A stretch of DNA of 32,000 nucleotides, from contig NC_014833.1 of NCBI RefSeq assembly GCF_000179635.2, positions 3,300,001-3,332,000 of the forward strand, given 5' to 3'. A program made the translations under genes and the position numbers. Every line of letters begins with the position of its first letter. Within the stretch, counting starts at the first letter, position 1. The notes below the pieces were generated by a model. That model saw only the letters and a program-made list of their open reading frames with translations, was not told the origin of the DNA and searched no databases. The stretch is from Ruminococcus albus 7 = DSM 20455. Its GTDB lineage: Bacteria; Bacillota; Clostridia; Oscillospirales; Ruminococcaceae. Shown here one piece after another: positions 28,166 through 32,000 of this stretch.

Positions 28166-29029
28166 TCAGTGATAATAGGAATCTATTCCAAGATATTCTT
28201 CAAGGCAAAGTCCCGATTTTGTGATCTTCTTTGCAAGATCCTTGCCCACGTATCTTACGTGCCAGGATTCATACATAAAGCCCGTTTTCTTCTCCTTGCC
28301 CTTCGGGTAGCGCAGTATGAAGCCGTACTCGGCACAGTGGGCGGCTATCCACTTGGCTTCACGGGTACCGTTGAATGAGGTGCTCGCGTTGTTGATATCT
28401 ATGGCAAGTCCCGACTGATGCTCGGAGTGACCAGGCCTTGCGGAGTATGTATCAGCAGCCTTCTGACCGTCGCGGTTCACATAGCTCCAGTAAAGATCGT
28501 ACTGTGTATTGTAGCTCCGGAAGCCCGAGCATATCCACAGAGTTATGCCGTCATTCTTGGCACCTGCCTGCATGGCATTGAATGCTTTCTGTGTTGCAGA
28601 TGTAAGACCGTTCCCATAATTTCTTGGCAGTGCATAGCTCTTGTTCACTATGAGTATGCCGTCAACATAGGTAACACCGTTTTTCACCGTGATAACAGGG
28701 CCCTTCGGCTCGGGCTCGGGTTCAGGCTGCGGCTCGGGCGGCACGTAACCGCTAAGTGAGCGTTTTCCCTTTATATGTGCCGCCAGCTTGGTTATGTCTG
28801 TTGCGGTGATACTTCCGTCACCGTTAACGTCTGCTGCAGCGGCAGCATTTTCCGAAAGGACGCGTTTACCCTTTACATGAGCACCTATGCTTACAACATC
28901 GGTGCTGGTCACCTTTCCGTCACCGTTAACGTCACCGTTGCCTGCTGCAAATGCGCAGACAGTGCCTGTGACGACCGCAGCCGCAACAGCAATAGCTGCG
29001 GATGTGATTTTTCTGATGTCTTTTTTCAT
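28166..29029 (-). CDS. Secreted D-alanyl-D-alanine carboxypeptidase (VanY / peptidase M15B) fused to an N-terminal dockerin
   Basis: 287 aa with a signal peptide. Two Ca-binding dockerin repeats are present (GDVNGDGKVTSTDV and ADVNGDGSITATDI). A PEPQPEPEPEP linker follows. The M15 motifs are SGFRSY, PGHSEHQSGLAIDI and ESWHVRYVG. Confidence 0.85.
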   Translation of the reverse strand: MKKDIRKITSAAIAVAAAVVTGTVCAFAAGNGDVNGDGKVTSTDVVSIGAHVKGKRVLSENAAAAADVNGDGSITATDITKLAAHIKGKRSLSGYVPPEPQPEPEPEPKGPVITVKNGVTYVDGILIVNKSYALPRNYGNGLTSATQKAFNAMQAGAKNDGITLWICSGFRSYNTQYDLYWSYVNRDGQKAADTYSARPGHSEHQSGLAIDINNASTSFNGTREAKWIAAHCAEYGFILRYPKGKEKKTGFMYESWHVRYVGKDLAKKITKSGLCLEEYLGIDSYYH

Positions 29030-29212
29030 TTGTTTTTCTCCTTTACAAATACAATGTTATTTATATCAGAAGACAGTATGTCCTCTGTATAGGCAATTTA
29101 ACATGATATTTATCGTTTTTTGTTTCTTATGTTCTTTATATTTATGTTATTTTACAGCATTATAGCATAAGCCTCCGCCAATGTAAACAGTTGAGAACTT
29201 AATAAAATATCT

Positions 29213-29241
29213 ATTGAAAAATTATTCAAAATGTGGTAAAA
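29213..29241 (+). promoter_or_regulatory. pheA promoter
   Basis: -35 ttgaaa (29213-29218), 17-nt spacer, TG-g-TAAAAT (29233-29241). Confidence 0.45.
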
Positions 29242-29273
29242 TAAATCCAAATACAGATTACAGGTGGTAAAAT

Positions 29274-30386
29274 ATGGATCTTAATGATATCAGGGCGGAA
29301 ATAAATGATGTAGACAAACAGCTTCAGGAGCTTTTCAATAAGCGCATGGAGCTTTGCGGGCAGGTAGCAGCCTACAAGATAGAGAAGGGTCTGCCTGTTT
29401 TTCAGAAAGACAGGGAAAAGGAAGTCATAGCACGTGTGACTGACAGTGCCCCCGAAGGACTCCAGGGTGCCACAAGGGTATACTTCCAGACCATGATGGA
29501 TATATCAAAATGTCTGCAATACCGCAGAATGTTCGATAACGCAGGGTTTATCCCCTTTAAAAAGCTTGACCTCTCGGGCAGGCACAGGGTAGCTGTGCCG
29601 GGCACATACGGTTCCTATAATCATATTGCCTGCGGCGAGCTTTTTGAGGATGCCGATACCATGTTCTTTGACAGCTTCGAGGAGATATTCAAGGCTGTAT
29701 CCGCAGGTGCGGCTGAATTCGGCATACTGCCTATAATCAATTCTACAGCAGGGTCTGTTGTACAGACCTACGAACTCATGCGTCAGTACGATTTCAAGAT
29801 ATGCGCACAGACCAAGCTGAAGATATCCCACTGCCTTGCCGCAAGAAAGGGCGTTAAGCTTGAAGATATCCGCGATATCTATTCACATGAACAGGCACTC
29901 AGACAGTGCTCAGACCTGATAAACAGAGGCGGATATAAATCCCACAGCTTCTCCAATACCTCACTGGCAGCCTGCTACGTTAAGGACAGTCAGGAGCCCT
30001 GTGCCGCTATTTGCTCTGAAAAATGCGCCGAGGAACTGGGACTTGAGATACTCAGGCACAGCGTTCAGAACGCTGCCGAGAATTATACAAAGTTCATACT
30101 CATCTCTCACGAAACCTTCAAGGCGGATAATGCGGATACTATATCCGTGTGCCTTGCACTCCCCCACCAATCATCATCCCTTTACAGGCTGCTGACAAAA
30201 TTCTCGGTGGCAGGGCTGAATATGACCATGATAGAAAGTATGCCCATAGCCAACACGGATTTTGATGTTATGTTCTACCTTGATTTCAAGGGCGATATCG
30301 GCAAGAAGGAAGTTACCACACTGCTCAGCGAACTTTCACAGGAGCTAAGCTATTTTAAATTTCTCGGTAACTACAAGGAGGTATAA
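29274..30386 (+). CDS. pheA: Bifunctional chorismate mutase / prephenate dehydratase
   Basis: 370 aa. The N-terminal CM helix region is IRAEINDVDKQLQELFNKRMELC. The PDT domain shows YGSYNHIA...ILPIINSTAGSV. An ACT-like C-terminus follows. Confidence 0.9.
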   Translation: MDLNDIRAEINDVDKQLQELFNKRMELCGQVAAYKIEKGLPVFQKDREKEVIARVTDSAPEGLQGATRVYFQTMMDISKCLQYRRMFDNAGFIPFKKLDLSGRHRVAVPGTYGSYNHIACGELFEDADTMFFDSFEEIFKAVSAGAAEFGILPIINSTAGSVVQTYELMRQYDFKICAQTKLKISHCLAARKGVKLEDIRDIYSHEQALRQCSDLINRGGYKSHSFSNTSLAACYVKDSQEPCAAICSEKCAEELGLEILRHSVQNAAENYTKFILISHETFKADNADTISVCLALPHQSSSLYRLLTKFSVAGLNMTMIESMPIANTDFDVMFYLDFKGDIGKKEVTTLLSELSQELSYFKFLGNYKEV

Positions 30387-30389
30387 GAT

Positions 30390-30863
30390 ATGCGTATCGG
30401 TCACGGATATGATGTACACAGGCTAACCGAAGGCAGAAAGCTGATACTGGGCGGAGTAGAGATACCCTATAAGTACGGTCTTGACGGTCATTCGGATGCT
30501 GATGTTCTCGTGCACGCACTTATGGATGCCATTCTCGGTGCACTGGCACTTGGTGATATCGGTCAGCATTTTCCAGATACCGACCCTGAATACAAAGGCG
30601 CCGACAGTATGAAACTGCTGGACAAGGTCATCGAATTTGTAGATGACAGCAACTATGTTTTCTCTAATGCCGATATGACTATATGCTGCCAGAACCCCAA
30701 GCTTGCTCCTTACATAATGGATATGCGCAACAATATCGCCATGACTATCGGCTGTGATATCGACCAGATATCCATAAAAGCAACTACTGAGGAGAAACTC
30801 GGTTTCACAGGTGAGGGACTGGGTATATCGGCTACAGCAGTGGTACTGCTGGAGGATCTCTGA
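30390..30863 (+). CDS. ispF: 2-C-methyl-D-erythritol 2,4-cyclodiphosphate synthase
   Basis: 157 aa. [31 protein letters not shown] and [11 protein letters not shown] motifs are present. SD aaggagg. Confidence 0.95.
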   Translation: MRIGHGYDVHRLTEGRKLILGGVEIPYKYGLDGHSDADVLVHALMDAILGALALGDIGQHFPDTDPEYKGADSMKLLDKVIEFVDDSNYVFSNADMTICCQNPKLAPYIMDMRNNIAMTIGCDIDQISIKATTEEKLGFTGEGLGISATAVVLLEDL

Positions 30864-31366
30864 TGCATCTCAGACCGTACAAGCCCTGCGATGCTGAAAA
30901 GATAGTCAGCTGGATAAAGGATGAAAGGTCATTCAGGCTGTGGTCATCGGACAGGTTCGGTGATTTCCCGCTGACAGCAGACGCACTTAACAGCTACTAC
31001 TCCGAATACAGGGACAATGACCGCCATCTGGAATTTACGGCATACGATGATAAGGGTATCTGCGGACACATGATAATGCGCTTTACCGATGTAGAAAGAA
31101 AAACAGTGCGTTTCGGGTTCGTCATAGTGGACAGCGAAAGGCGCGGACACGGGCTCGGCAAAAGTATGCTCGCTATGGCAGAAAATTACGCCTTTGATTT
31201 TCTCGGCGCTGAAAAGATAACTCTCGGGGTGTTTGAGAATAATCCCGCGGCACTGCACTGCTATCTCGCGGCAGGTTTCAGCATGATCGGTACTGAGGAC
31301 GGTTATTACAGCTTTCACGGCGAAGAATGGAAATGCACCGAAATGGAGCTTATCCATAAAGAATGA
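30863..31366 (+). CDS. GNAT family N-acetyltransferase
   Basis: 167 aa with the acetyl-CoA motif RRGHGLGKSML. TGATG overlap with ispF. Confidence 0.8.
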   Translation: MHLRPYKPCDAEKIVSWIKDERSFRLWSSDRFGDFPLTADALNSYYSEYRDNDRHLEFTAYDDKGICGHMIMRFTDVERKTVRFGFVIVDSERRGHGLGKSMLAMAENYAFDFLGAEKITLGVFENNPAALHCYLAAGFSMIGTEDGYYSFHGEEWKCTEMELIHKE

Positions 31367-31381
31367 TATTATAGCTACAGA

Positions 31382-31418
31382 CTGACAAGGTGGAAATCTT
31401 CCCCCTGTCAGTTTTTTT
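31382..31418 (+). terminator. Rho-independent terminator after the GNAT gene
   Basis: Stem ctgacaagg/ccctgtcag (one mismatch) followed by ttttttt (31412-31418). Confidence 0.6.
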
Positions 31419-31550
31419 AACGGCTGTTTTTATTGAAAAAAATTTTTTTCAAAAAAGTGTAACTATTAAGTGAGTTCTTCCGTCTAATATTATGTAAGGC
31501 AAAAACAATGACCCGGGTAAAATGAAAAATAAAAAACGGAGGAAATTACA

Positions 31551-32000
31551 ATGAAAACAAGAATTATCATCGCAGCCGCAATAGCAGCAGTTTCAATGGC
31601 AGCATTCACAGGATGCAGCGGAACATACTCAGTAGATGAAAAAACAGGTGCTGTGAACATCACCCCTGCAGAGGCATCAAATGAAAAGCAGGGTGCTCCG
31701 GCAGGTGATACAAAGATCAAGGAAGAGATCTCTGTTGAATCTTCATCGGCAACCGAATCCAAAGCAAAAGATAATAACGTTTCAAAGGCTGAGGACAACT
31801 CTGAGCCTGCTCAGGCTGAAGATTCTGTAAAGAATGATATGCCTGTTCAGTCACAGGCTGAAACAGCTACCGCGGTGAACAATGCACAGGAAAACAGTGT
31901 GGACATGGATACATCGGCACTTTATCAGTACGCGCTCACAGCAGTGGAAGTATTTAATAATGCAGGCTATAATGCCAGCGGACTTCAGGTAAGGTGGGCT
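31551..32000 (+). CDS. Predicted lipoprotein, partial (runs off the right edge)
   Basis: My own translation from ATG 31551 (SD ggagga) gives MKTRIIIAAAIAAVSMAAFTGCSG..., with a lipobox and an acidic low-complexity region. The frame is open for 150 codons to the window end. It is absent from the track because it has no stop. Confidence 0.7.
   Translation, partial: MKTRIIIAAAIAAVSMAAFTGCSGTYSVDEKTGAVNITPAEASNEKQGAPAGDTKIKEEISVESSSATESKAKDNNVSKAEDNSEPAQAEDSVKNDMPVQSQAETATAVNNAQENSVDMDTSALYQYALTAVEVFNNAGYNASGLQVRWA

Noticed and set aside
29030-29273. T-box or other leader upstream of pheA
   Set aside because: No T-box consensus (a GGTGGTACCGCG-like sequence) or specifier-loop architecture is visible. 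The region is AT-rich and holds a plausible promoter only.

Overview
The window looks like a chromosomal segment from a Clostridia-class Firmicute, probably Ruminococcus-like. That inference rests on a dockerin-bearing secreted protein, a GH51 arabinofuranosidase and Gram-positive SD sites. Positions 1 to about 3449 are the right-hand end of an integrated mobilizable or conjugative element: a partial MobC-like relaxosome protein, a hairpin-rich noncoding stretch (candidate oriT), a hypothetical protein, a TnpW-like protein and a 541-aa TnpX/TndX-type large serine recombinase. The most unusual feature follows at 3450..4093, between the recombinase and purB. It is a 644-bp ORF-poor imperfect palindrome with its dyad axis at 3771/3772. 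Its tips are perfect 35-bp inverted repeats, each containing a 22-bp perfect palindrome. Its two diverged arms keep at least three local hairpins through fully compensated base-pair changes, which points to selection on nucleic-acid structure. I cannot assign it to a known RNA or repeat family from memory. The rest is mostly housekeeping: purB, a tightly coupled Cys-rich operon (DUF3795-like pseudogene, LITAF-like zinc ribbon, DUF2085, unknown 208 aa), metY-like sulfhydrylase, a visibly AT-rich two-gene membrane-protein island, an EPS priming glycosyltransferase, tcdA, tRNA-Arg(CCT), a CotH lipoprotein coupled to a PD-(D/E)XK-like protein, an AraC/GH51 divergent pair, DUF2974, rpe, proB and proA split by vanZ plus two unknown genes, recQ, DUF421/DUF4363, a PrsA-like foldase, a dockerin-fused VanY/M15 peptidase, pheA, ispF, a GNAT and a partial lipoprotein. 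I saw no CRISPR array or rRNA.
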